NCBI GenBank assembly: GCA_050747525.1
Contig: JBOGOC010000097.1
Location: 74,209-138,208, forward strand
Origin: Candidatus Polarisedimenticolia bacterium
GTDB lineage: Bacteria > Acidobacteriota > Polarisedimenticolia > JACPZX01 > DASXTC01
DNA: 64,000 bases
Reading direction: 5' to 3'
The notes under the pieces were generated by a model. That model had not been told where the DNA came from. It saw only the letters and a program-made list of their open reading frames with translations, and made no database searches. A program made the translations under genes and the position numbers. Of this stretch, positions 44,854 through 52,672 are shown one piece after another; within the stretch, counting starts at the first letter, position 1, and each line of letters starts with the position of its first letter.

Positions 44854-45891
44854 ATGAGCCACGCAGGCCTCCGCCCCACCCTCCTGGTGCTGGTCGCGGC
44901 TGCCCTGTTCGGCTCAGCCACTCCACTGGCGAAGGCGCTTCTCGAGTCGCTGGGTCCGTTCCCGCTCGCCGGATTGCTCTATTTCGGCGCCGCTGCGGCC
45001 GTCTGGCCCACCGTTGTGCGAGACGGGCTGCCTGACCGGCGGCACCTCTCGCGCAATGCCCTGCGCCTGACCGGCATCCTGCTGTTCGGCGGAGTGCTGG
45101 CGCCCGTGCTGCTCCTCTGGGGTCTCACGCTCGCCGCCGCGGCCTCCGTCGCCCTGTGGCTCACGCTGGAGACGCTGATCACCGTTCTGCTGGCATGGTT
45201 CTTCTTCAACGAACACATCCATCGGCGCGTGTGGCTCAGCGTCCTGTTGATCCTCGCGGCAAGCGTGCTGCTCGTCTGGCCGGCGGGATTCGACGCCGGG
45301 CAGGCTGCGCTCCTGGTTGCCCTCGCGTGTTGCTGCTGGGGTCTGGACAATAACCTGACCGCGCTCATCGACGGGCTGACACCGGCCCAGACGACCCTGG
45401 TCAAGGGCCTGGCCGCCGGCACGATCAACCTCTTCCTGGGCAGCCTCACAGGCCTGGGGCGACCGCGCGGGCATATCGTTGCTGCAGCCCTCGTTCTCGG
45501 GGCTTTGTGCTACGGCCTGTCGCTGGTCCTTTACATCGGCGGGGCGCAACAGCTCGGCTCGGCGAGGGTTCAGCTCATCTTCTCGACGGCCCCCTTCTGG
45601 GGTGTCATGCTGGCCTGGACTGTGTTCTCCGAGCCCGTTCTCCCGGCACAGATCGCGGCCGGAGCCATGATGCTCGCTGCCCTATGGCTCCTGCACGGCG
45701 AACGTCACGATCACGAGCATGCGCACGAGGCCGTCCGGCACGTTCACTGGCACCGCCACGACGATGGTCACCACGGCCACACCCACGAGGGTGTCACGCC
45801 GTCGAAGGGTCATATCCACGAGCACATCCACGATCCGGCAACCCATTCACACCCGCATCGGCCGGACATTCAGCATCGCCACGAGCACTGA
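44854..45891 (+). CDS. DMT/EamA-family transporter with His-rich C-terminal tail
   Basis: 10 TM helices in two EamA halves. Cytoplasmic tail HGERHDHEHAHEAVRHVHWHRHDDGHHGHTHEG...HIHEHIHDPATHSHPHRPDIQHRHEH is a candidate metal-binding tail. Confidence 0.7.
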   Translation: MSHAGLRPTLLVLVAAALFGSATPLAKALLESLGPFPLAGLLYFGAAAAVWPTVVRDGLPDRRHLSRNALRLTGILLFGGVLAPVLLLWGLTLAAAASVALWLTLETLITVLLAWFFFNEHIHRRVWLSVLLILAASVLLVWPAGFDAGQAALLVALACCCWGLDNNLTALIDGLTPAQTTLVKGLAAGTINLFLGSLTGLGRPRGHIVAAALVLGALCYGLSLVLYIGGAQQLGSARVQLIFSTAPFWGVMLAWTVFSEPVLPAQIAAGAMMLAALWLLHGERHDHEHAHEAVRHVHWHRHDDGHHGHTHEGVTPSKGHIHEHIHDPATHSHPHRPDIQHRHEH

Positions 45892-45927
45892 TGTGAATGC
45901 TATCGGAGGAAGAAAGGAGCGTAACCG

Positions 45928-46587
45928 ATGACCGCCATCCTGCCAGCCCTCGCCCTGCTCCTCGTCGTCCCTGCTGCCGGCGCCCAGGAAAAAACCTCCC
46001 CGCCCAGCAAGACCTGGAACTTCGATTCTGACAAACCTGAGGCGCCGCCTGTCGGGTTCACGTTCGACAGGACCGGTGGAGGCCCAGTCGGTCGGTGGGT
46101 CGTCCTGGCCATGCAGGGCGCGCCCAGCGGCGGACAGGTCTTGGCGCAACTCGACGCGGATGCAACCAGCGCCCGCTTCCCGGTGGCGGTGGCCGACGAA
46201 CCGGCCGTGCGCGACCTTCGTCTCACCGTCAAGTGCAAGCCGGTGTCCGGAAATGTCGACCAGGCCTGCGGTCTCGTGTTTCGATACCGCGACGCGAACA
46301 ACTACTACATCACGCGGTCGAACGCTCTGGAGGGGAACATCAGGCTGTACTATGTGAAGGATGGCCAACGGAAGCAGATCGCGAGCTTTGCCGGCTCCGT
46401 CTCCGCTGACGCCTGGCACGAGCTCGGTATGGAAGCGAAGGGCGAGCACATCGAAGTGTTCTGGGACGGAAAGCGGGTGCTCTCCGCCGACGACAAGACA
46501 TTCCCGGACGCGGGCAAGGTCGGCGTATGGACGAAGGCCGACTCCGTCACCTACTTCGACGACCTGAGTCTCACAACGCCGAACTGA
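45928..46587 (+). CDS. secreted DUF1080 / LamG-like (3-keto-disaccharide-hydrolase-like) domain protein
   Basis: Signal peptide. Conserved W/G pattern (WNFD...GRWVVL...ACGLVFRYRDANNYYI...VGVWTKADSVTYFDDL). Confidence 0.55.
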   Translation: MTAILPALALLLVVPAAGAQEKTSPPSKTWNFDSDKPEAPPVGFTFDRTGGGPVGRWVVLAMQGAPSGGQVLAQLDADATSARFPVAVADEPAVRDLRLTVKCKPVSGNVDQACGLVFRYRDANNYYITRSNALEGNIRLYYVKDGQRKQIASFAGSVSADAWHELGMEAKGEHIEVFWDGKRVLSADDKTFPDAGKVGVWTKADSVTYFDDLSLTTPN

Positions 46588-46723
46588 GGTCGTTCATCGA
46601 TGCCGACAAGGGATGACGACCTTCTCCCCGAACCCTCTCGCGGATGACGGGCGCCGGGGAGAACGCCATCATCCTGACCGTCATCACGGGCGGGCTGCTC
46701 GGCCTCGCCCGGTCCTTCCTCAC

Positions 46724-47488
46724 GTGAGAGCGTCGTCCCGCCCTTCGACAGTATGGATCCTGAGGCCCTGGATCGTCGTGCTGGTCATTCCGGCTGAGTT
46801 GTCGGGCGTCGCGCTGGCGTACCGTCCGTTCGACGGCACGGACGCCGCCGTGGTCGATCCACGCGAGATCGAGATCGAAGTGGGTCCGCTCGGCTTTCTC
46901 GACGACGAGGGCGAGGAGTACCTGGTCGGCCCGGCTGTGGTCGTCAACTGGGGGATCGCGCCGGAATGGGAGGTCGTCGTCGAGGGCACGGGAGTTTTCC
47001 CGCGGGATACCGGCGAGGACGAGCACCGCTTCCGGTTCGAGGATACTGCGGCGCTCCTCAAGGGAGTCCTTCGAAGCGGCGCACTCCAGGATGCCGCTGG
47101 CGCGAGCCTCGCCGTCGAAGGCGGTTTCCTCCTGCCTACGGTTCATGGAGAATCGGGGATGGGCGCCAGCGCGGCACTGATCGTTTCGTGGCGGCTGGGC
47201 CGCGCCATGCTCCACCTGAACGCTGAGGCCGAACGGTCGCGAGCCGGGAAGCCCGGTCTCTTCACCGGGGCCATTGTGGAAGGTCCGGATTCGTGGTGGG
47301 TCCGTCCGGTCGGAGAAGTGTCTCTACAGGGCGAAAGTGGCGACGGCAGTGTCCGGTCGGTCCTCATCGGCCTGATTGCAAGAGCCGGCGGTCGACTGAC
47401 ATTCGACGCCGCCGTCAGGCTCGAGCGCGGTGGGAAGTTCAGGGGCCATGAGCTACGCGCAGGGTTCACGGTAGTTCTGCCTCAATGA
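46724..47488 (+). CDS. hypothetical secreted protein (start uncertain)
   Basis: GTG start gives MRASSRPSTVWILRPWIVVLVIPAELSGVALA (signal peptide). The track's ATG at 46613 adds a low-complexity Arg/His/Pro leader. 4-nt overlap with the downstream ABC substrate-binding gene. Confidence 0.35.
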   Translation: MRASSRPSTVWILRPWIVVLVIPAELSGVALAYRPFDGTDAAVVDPREIEIEVGPLGFLDDEGEEYLVGPAVVVNWGIAPEWEVVVEGTGVFPRDTGEDEHRFRFEDTAALLKGVLRSGALQDAAGASLAVEGGFLLPTVHGESGMGASAALIVSWRLGRAMLHLNAEAERSRAGKPGLFTGAIVEGPDSWWVRPVGEVSLQGESGDGSVRSVLIGLIARAGGRLTFDAAVRLERGGKFRGHELRAGFTVVLPQ

Positions 47489-48528
47489 AGGGAGCGACGA
47501 TGATGGGTTCATGGGCCCGAACGATAACGCTCGCCACCGGGCTCGCCGCGATCGGCTGCATGGCCGGCGGTATCGGATGCCGATCCGACATCGCCGAAGT
47601 AGTGGCCTATACGTCCGTGGACCAGGTGTTCTCCGAGCCGGTGTTCCGCGCATTCGAGGAACGCAGCGGAATCCGGGTGCGGGCGGTTTATGACACGGAA
47701 GAGACCAAGAGCACCGGCGTTCTGAACCGCCTGCTCGCCGAGGCCGCCCACCCCCAGGCCGACGTCTTCTGGTCCGGCGACCCGGTGCGACCATTCATCC
47801 TGATTCGCAAGGGCCTGGTTGAACCCTACCAGTCTCCTGCGGCGACCGGGTTGCCTGTGTCGTTCAGGGCAGACGACGGAAGCTGGAGCGGCTTCGCCGC
47901 CCGCGCTCGCGTACTTCTTGTCAATCGTGACTTGGTCCGCGTGGAGGACATGCCGGGATCGATCCGCGATCTCGCCGATCCCTGCTGGCGCGGCAGGGCC
48001 GCCATCGCCAACCCCTTGTTCGGAACCACGACGATGCACGTCGCCGCGCTCTTCACATTGTGGGGAGAGGAGCCGGCGCGGAATTTCCTCGAAGACCTGA
48101 AGCGCAATGCCGTCCGCATCGCGGGCTCGAACGGAGAGGTCCGGAGGCTGGTGGTCGCCGGAGAGGTGGCCTTCGGCCTGACCGACACGGACGACGCGAA
48201 CGAGGCCCTCAAGGCGGGGGCGCCGGTGGAAGTCGTCTACCCGGACCAAGGAGGACAGGGGACCCTGGTGATGCCGACCGTCGCCGTCCTGCTGCGTGGC
48301 GGGCCGAACCGCGAGGCCGGGAGGAAGCTGATCGACCATCTCCTTGCCGCGGAGACGGAGGAAGTGATGGCCCTCCGTGCCGCGCACATGCCGCTGCGCC
48401 CAGGCGTTCCGGTGCCGTCCGGCGTGAGGCGCGTCGAAGAGATCGATGCCGCCCAGGTTGACTACGCCCGGGTTGCAGAGACGATGGAGTCAATCCAGGA
48501 ATGGCTGCGAAGCTGGTCGGGTTACTGA
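47485..48528 (+). CDS. ABC transporter substrate-binding protein, Fe(3+)/FbpA-AfuA family
   Basis: Lipoprotein-like signal (LAAIGCMAGGIGC). Cluster-1 SBP fold with motifs AYTSVDQ, VFWSGDP and VVYPDQGG. Confidence 0.65.
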   Translation: MKGATMMGSWARTITLATGLAAIGCMAGGIGCRSDIAEVVAYTSVDQVFSEPVFRAFEERSGIRVRAVYDTEETKSTGVLNRLLAEAAHPQADVFWSGDPVRPFILIRKGLVEPYQSPAATGLPVSFRADDGSWSGFAARARVLLVNRDLVRVEDMPGSIRDLADPCWRGRAAIANPLFGTTTMHVAALFTLWGEEPARNFLEDLKRNAVRIAGSNGEVRRLVVAGEVAFGLTDTDDANEALKAGAPVEVVYPDQGGQGTLVMPTVAVLLRGGPNREAGRKLIDHLLAAETEEVMALRAAHMPLRPGVPVPSGVRRVEEIDAAQVDYARVAETMESIQEWLRSWSGY

Positions 48529-50090
48529 AGTCGCCTTTCAGACGATCCCAGCAATCGATTGCCCTGACGGCTGCGTCGGCGGTGGTGTGCCTGGCGGTCC
48601 TCGTCCCATTCGCATGCCTGCTGGCGGAGACGTGGGACGCGGGGGGAGCGGCCGCGCGTGTCCTTGTCTCGGCAGCACCGTGGCGGCTCCTGCTCCGTTC
48701 CGTCGTTTTTTCGGTCGCCGTGACGTCCCTCGCGCTGGTCATTGGTGTGCCGCTCGGAGTGCTGCTGGCCCGGACCGATGTCCCCGCGCGCCGTCTCGCA
48801 TGGGTCATCCATTCGTTCCCGTTGTTCCTGCCACCATTCCTTCCGGCTCTGGGATGGTTCTACCTGTTTGGAACGAACGGGTTCCTCGGCACGGCGGCCT
48901 CGTCGCGGCTGCTCTTCAGCGAGTGCGGGCTGATCGCCGTGCTCGGCCTGGCCTTCTCGCCCGTCGTCACCTCGCTGGTGGGGCTCGGTGTCCTCGGCGT
49001 GGACGCGAGCCTGGAGGACGCGGCGCGCTGCGTGGCGGGACCCGGGAGGGTTGCGGCGCGCATTCTCCTTCCAGCGGCTGCCCCGGCAGTGGCCATGGCG
49101 GGCATCGTTGTTTTTGCCATGACTGTCTCCGAGCTGGCCGTGCCGTCCTTCCTCCGGGTGGAGGTATTTCCGGCTGCGGTTTTTGCCCGTCTCGGCGGTC
49201 TCGATTACGCGCCGGGAGAGGCGTTCGCGCTCGCCCTCCCTCTGCTCCCCGTAGCCTTGGCGCTGCTCTGGCTCGAGCAGCGCTTCGTCGGCCGTCGGTC
49301 CTTCGCCGTCCTGGGGCTTCGTAGCCTGTCGCGAAGCCCCATGCTGCTCGGGCGCCGGTGGCGGCGGCCCGCGATCATCCTCTGCTGGCTCGTCGCGCTG
49401 GTGTCCGCCGCCCCCGTCGCGGCTCTGGCGGTTCGTGCGGGCACCGGAGGTCTCGCCAGCCTGCCGGCCTGGATCGGAGGGGCGCCCTGGAACAGCCTTC
49501 GGGCGGGTATCGCGGCAGCCACCCTCATCACCGGCCTCGGGCTCGTTCTCGGACACGCGCTCGCCCGGCGCCTGCCGGGCTCCGGACCCCTCGACACCGT
49601 GGTCGTCCTGGGATTCGTGGCGCCCGCCCCGGTCATCGGGGTGGGACTCGTCGCAGCCTGGAACCGCCCCGCAACCCAGCTGCTCTACGGCAGCGCCGGT
49701 ATCCTGGTCCTGGGCCTGCTGGCTCGCTACGCCGTCATCGGGCTGCGCACCGTGGCAGCGTCCGTCGCTCAGGCTTCCCCGTCATTCGAGGAGGCCGCGG
49801 CCGTCGGCGGTGCGGGATACTGGAGACGTCTTACGGGGATTGTGCTCCCGCTCCACGCCCGGGGTGTCGGCCTCGCATGGCTCCTGGCGCTCGTCTTCTG
49901 CCTGCGTGACCTGGAGACGTCGATCCTCTTCTACCCGCCGGGCGGCGAGCCGCTTCCTGTGCGCATCTTCACCCTCGAAGCGAATGGGCCCGAACCTGTC
50001 GTGGCCGCGCTGGCCGTCGTGCAGGCGGGGCTCGTCGCCGCGGTGTTCGCGCTCGGATCCGTCCTGATCTTTCGGCAGAGAACGACATGA
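48501..50090 (+). CDS. ABC transporter permease (fused double permease, FbpB-like)
   Basis: 529 aa with 12 TM helices and two EAA-like permease motifs. Stop overlaps the ATPase start. Confidence 0.7.
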   Translation: MAAKLVGLLKSPFRRSQQSIALTAASAVVCLAVLVPFACLLAETWDAGGAAARVLVSAAPWRLLLRSVVFSVAVTSLALVIGVPLGVLLARTDVPARRLAWVIHSFPLFLPPFLPALGWFYLFGTNGFLGTAASSRLLFSECGLIAVLGLAFSPVVTSLVGLGVLGVDASLEDAARCVAGPGRVAARILLPAAAPAVAMAGIVVFAMTVSELAVPSFLRVEVFPAAVFARLGGLDYAPGEAFALALPLLPVALALLWLEQRFVGRRSFAVLGLRSLSRSPMLLGRRWRRPAIILCWLVALVSAAPVAALAVRAGTGGLASLPAWIGGAPWNSLRAGIAAATLITGLGLVLGHALARRLPGSGPLDTVVVLGFVAPAPVIGVGLVAAWNRPATQLLYGSAGILVLGLLARYAVIGLRTVAASVAQASPSFEEAAAVGGAGYWRRLTGIVLPLHARGVGLAWLLALVFCLRDLETSILFYPPGGEPLPVRIFTLEANGPEPVVAALAVVQAGLVAAVFALGSVLIFRQRTT

Positions 50091-50854
50091 ACGAGTCGAT
50101 AGCCTTCGACGGTGTGTCGCTTCGCCTTGCAGGCCGTACGGTGCTGGACGGATTCTCGCTGACCGTCCATCGGGGCGACACCCTCGCCTTGCTCGGGCGA
50201 TCGGGCTGCGGCAAGACGAGCGTGCTGCGCCTCGCGCTGGGTCTTATCGCCCCTGATCGAGGATGTGTGCGGCTGCGCGGCGAGGTCGTCAGCCGCGAAG
50301 GGCGCGTCCTCCGGCTCCCGGAAGAGCGTCGACTGGCGGTGGTCTTCCAGGATCTGGCCCTGTGGCCGCACCTCACGGTCCGGGGCAACCTGGAGTTCGG
50401 ACTGGCCGCCGCCCGCGTGCCGCCCGCGGAGAGGATGGCCCGGATCGCCGAGATCGTGAGACTGGTGGGGATCAAGGACAAGGAAGAATCCTACCCTGGG
50501 GACCTTTCCGGTGGAGAGAGGCAGCGGGTGGCGATCGCGCGCGCCCTCGTGCTCGACCCGGAGGCAGTGCTCCTGGACGAGCCACTGAGCAACCTCGACG
50601 TGAGCCTCAAGCGGGAGCTCCTGCGACTGTTCCGGGATCTGATCGAGCGGCGCGGCGCGACCGCCATCTACGTCACCCACGATCCGCATGAGGCGATCTT
50701 TCTCGCAAACCGCATCGCGGTCATGGAGCAGGGTCAGATCATTCAGGAAGGAACCGCTGCGGAACTCGCGTCGGCACCAGCAAGCGAGTTTGTCAGGGAA
50801 CTGGTTGTCAACCTGAACGGCCGGCCGTTCGCAACTGGGAGGGACGAAGCATGA
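50087..50854 (+). CDS. ABC transporter ATP-binding protein
   Basis: Walker A GRSGCGKT; signature LSGGERQRVAIARAL; Walker B VLLDEP; H-loop VTHD. Confidence 0.85.
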   Translation: MNESIAFDGVSLRLAGRTVLDGFSLTVHRGDTLALLGRSGCGKTSVLRLALGLIAPDRGCVRLRGEVVSREGRVLRLPEERRLAVVFQDLALWPHLTVRGNLEFGLAAARVPPAERMARIAEIVRLVGIKDKEESYPGDLSGGERQRVAIARALVLDPEAVLLDEPLSNLDVSLKRELLRLFRDLIERRGATAIYVTHDPHEAIFLANRIAVMEQGQIIQEGTAAELASAPASEFVRELVVNLNGRPFATGRDEA

Positions 50855-50966
50855 GGCCAGGTCGCCGCCGATCACAGTTCTCCTGTCGATTCATCCACTT
50901 CCATCTCGACAGGAACACAAGCTCGCGCACGACGGGATGGTCCCGCGGCTCCCGCGGTGGCCCTGA

Positions 50967-51055
50967 TGGTGCCGGGGGCGGGGATCGAACCCGCATGCCG
51001 CTTGCGCGGCAGGGGATTTTAAGTCCCCTGCGTCTGCCAGTTCCGCCACCCCGGC
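50967..51055 (-). tRNA. tRNA-Leu (anticodon UAA), class II, 89 nt including CCA
   Basis: Minus strand reads gccgggg tg gcg gaactggcaga cgc a gggga cttaaaa tcccc tgccgcgcaagcggcat gcggg ttcgatc cccgc ccccggc a cca. The acceptor forms 7 bp. D-loop GGAACTGGCAGA is typical of tRNA-Leu. Anticodon stem forms 5 bp, long variable arm with a GNRA-looped hairpin, and T arm. Confidence 0.8.
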
Positions 51056-51161
51056 CGCGGCCAGTATAAGGCCCGAAGGGCAGTCCATCTGGGGGCGAGC
51101 GGAGGGTGAGGCGGTTTTCATGGGCACGCACTCGCGGGTTTTGGGGTAATCTCGGCCCATC

Positions 51162-51659
51162 ATGTCGGCCAGGTCGAGCTTCATCCGGCGACTTCTTGCC
51201 CGTCAGGTCCGGCCGCGGGCCGGGCATCGGGCCCCGGGTCTGCTGGAAGCGTGCCTGGGGCCTCTCGAGGTCCGCGTGCTCGAGACCCTCTGGCAGCGCA
51301 CGGGTGAGGCGGGCGTCCGCGACATTCTGGGCGGCTTCCCGGGCATCGCCTACACGACTCTCATGACCACGCTCGATCGCCTCCACAAGAAGGGTTGTCT
51401 CGAGCGGCGCAAGGACGGCCGTGCCTACTTGTATTCTCCCCGGTACCGGCGCGAGGAGCTGGAAGCGGTGCTGGCGCGCGACGCCATCGAGGATCTTCTC
51501 CGCGACGGTGTCCGGGCGTCCGCGCCGGAGCCGGTTCTCGTGGGTTTCGTCGAGGCCATCGGAGGGCGTGATGCCCGGATGCTGGACGAGCTCGAGCGGC
51601 TCGTGAGGCGATACAGGGCTGCGGCGCGCCGTCATTCACGCCGTGGAGGGACCGAATGA
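51162..51659 (+). CDS. BlaI/MecI/CopY-family transcriptional repressor
   Basis: Winged-helix LGPLEVRVLETLWQRTGEAGVRDILGGFPGIAYTTLMTTLDRLHKKGCLERRKDGRAYLYSP. ATGA overlap with the next gene. The true start may be downstream of 51162. Confidence 0.65.
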   Translation: MSARSSFIRRLLARQVRPRAGHRAPGLLEACLGPLEVRVLETLWQRTGEAGVRDILGGFPGIAYTTLMTTLDRLHKKGCLERRKDGRAYLYSPRYRREELEAVLARDAIEDLLRDGVRASAPEPVLVGFVEAIGGRDARMLDELERLVRRYRAAARRHSRRGGTE

Positions 51660-52609
51660 GGATGGCCCTGCTCGCCGTGTGCAGCACGCTGCTCATCTTC
51701 GCGGCCGCCAACGCCGTGGCCTCGGTTCTCATGATGCTGCACTGGCGCAGCCGCCGCGCGGCATGGATGCGCCGGTCCGCCTCGAGCCTTCTGTTCTACC
51801 GATGCCTCCCCGCGGCGTTCTCGGCCGCGCTGGCCTGGCTGACCGTGCTGCCGTCGTTCATCCTCCACGAATCAAGGGACCAGGTGGAGGCCGTCAGCCT
51901 GCCGCTCGCCATCGGCGCCGCCGCAGGCCTTGCCATACTCGCGGCCGCGGCCGTCCGTGGTGTCGTGGCCATCCGGCGTACGCGCCTCTCGTTGCGTCGA
52001 TGGCTGCTCTCGGCCAGATCCACCGTGGTTCCAGGATGGTCGGGTCCGGCATGGCTCGTCGAGCCGGACTCCGCGGGTGTCTGCGTCGTCGGATTCCGGC
52101 ACCCGGTCCTGCTGGTCGCGCGGAGGGTCGTCGAGACCTGCACTTCCGGCGAGCTGACCGGTGTGGCGGCCCACGAGACGGCGCACGCCGCGACCGGCGA
52201 CAACTGGAAGCGATTGATCCTGCGCGGCATGCCGGACGTGGTGGGGATGACGCCCATCGCCGGACAGCTCGAACGCGTCTGGCGCGCCAGGGCCGAGGAG
52301 GAGGCCGATGCCGCCGCGGTGTCCACTCACGGGGCGAACGGCGTCGAGATTGCGGGAGCCCTGGTCAAGCTCGCCCGGTGGCACGTCGGACCCGGCCTTC
52401 CCCTGGCGACCTCCATCGATGCCGGCGGGTCGCTCGAGCGGCGCGTGCGGAAGGTGCTGGAAGACGTGTCGCCGGTTCCCGATGCGCGCCGGTCACGATG
52501 GACGGTCCTGGGTCTGGCCGTGGGGGTGTCGATCCTCCTCGGCACTCTGCCCCCCTTCTCGCGCAGCGTGCATCTCGTGGTCGAGGCTCTCGTGCAGGCC
52601 CTGGTCTGA
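51656..52609 (+). CDS. BlaR1-like peptidase M56 family membrane protein (no penicillin-binding sensor domain)
   Basis: 4 TM helices. HExxH zinc motif (AAHETAHAATGDNWKRL) in the cytoplasmic loop, as in BlaR1/MecR1. Only 317 aa. Confidence 0.65.
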   Translation: MRMALLAVCSTLLIFAAANAVASVLMMLHWRSRRAAWMRRSASSLLFYRCLPAAFSAALAWLTVLPSFILHESRDQVEAVSLPLAIGAAAGLAILAAAAVRGVVAIRRTRLSLRRWLLSARSTVVPGWSGPAWLVEPDSAGVCVVGFRHPVLLVARRVVETCTSGELTGVAAHETAHAATGDNWKRLILRGMPDVVGMTPIAGQLERVWRARAEEEADAAAVSTHGANGVEIAGALVKLARWHVGPGLPLATSIDAGGSLERRVRKVLEDVSPVPDARRSRWTVLGLAVGVSILLGTLPPFSRSVHLVVEALVQALV

Positions 52610-52672
52610 CCAGGCGACTCCGCCATCTACGAGCGCTGGTAGTAGGATCCGACCCCATGCTGTGATGCGCCC

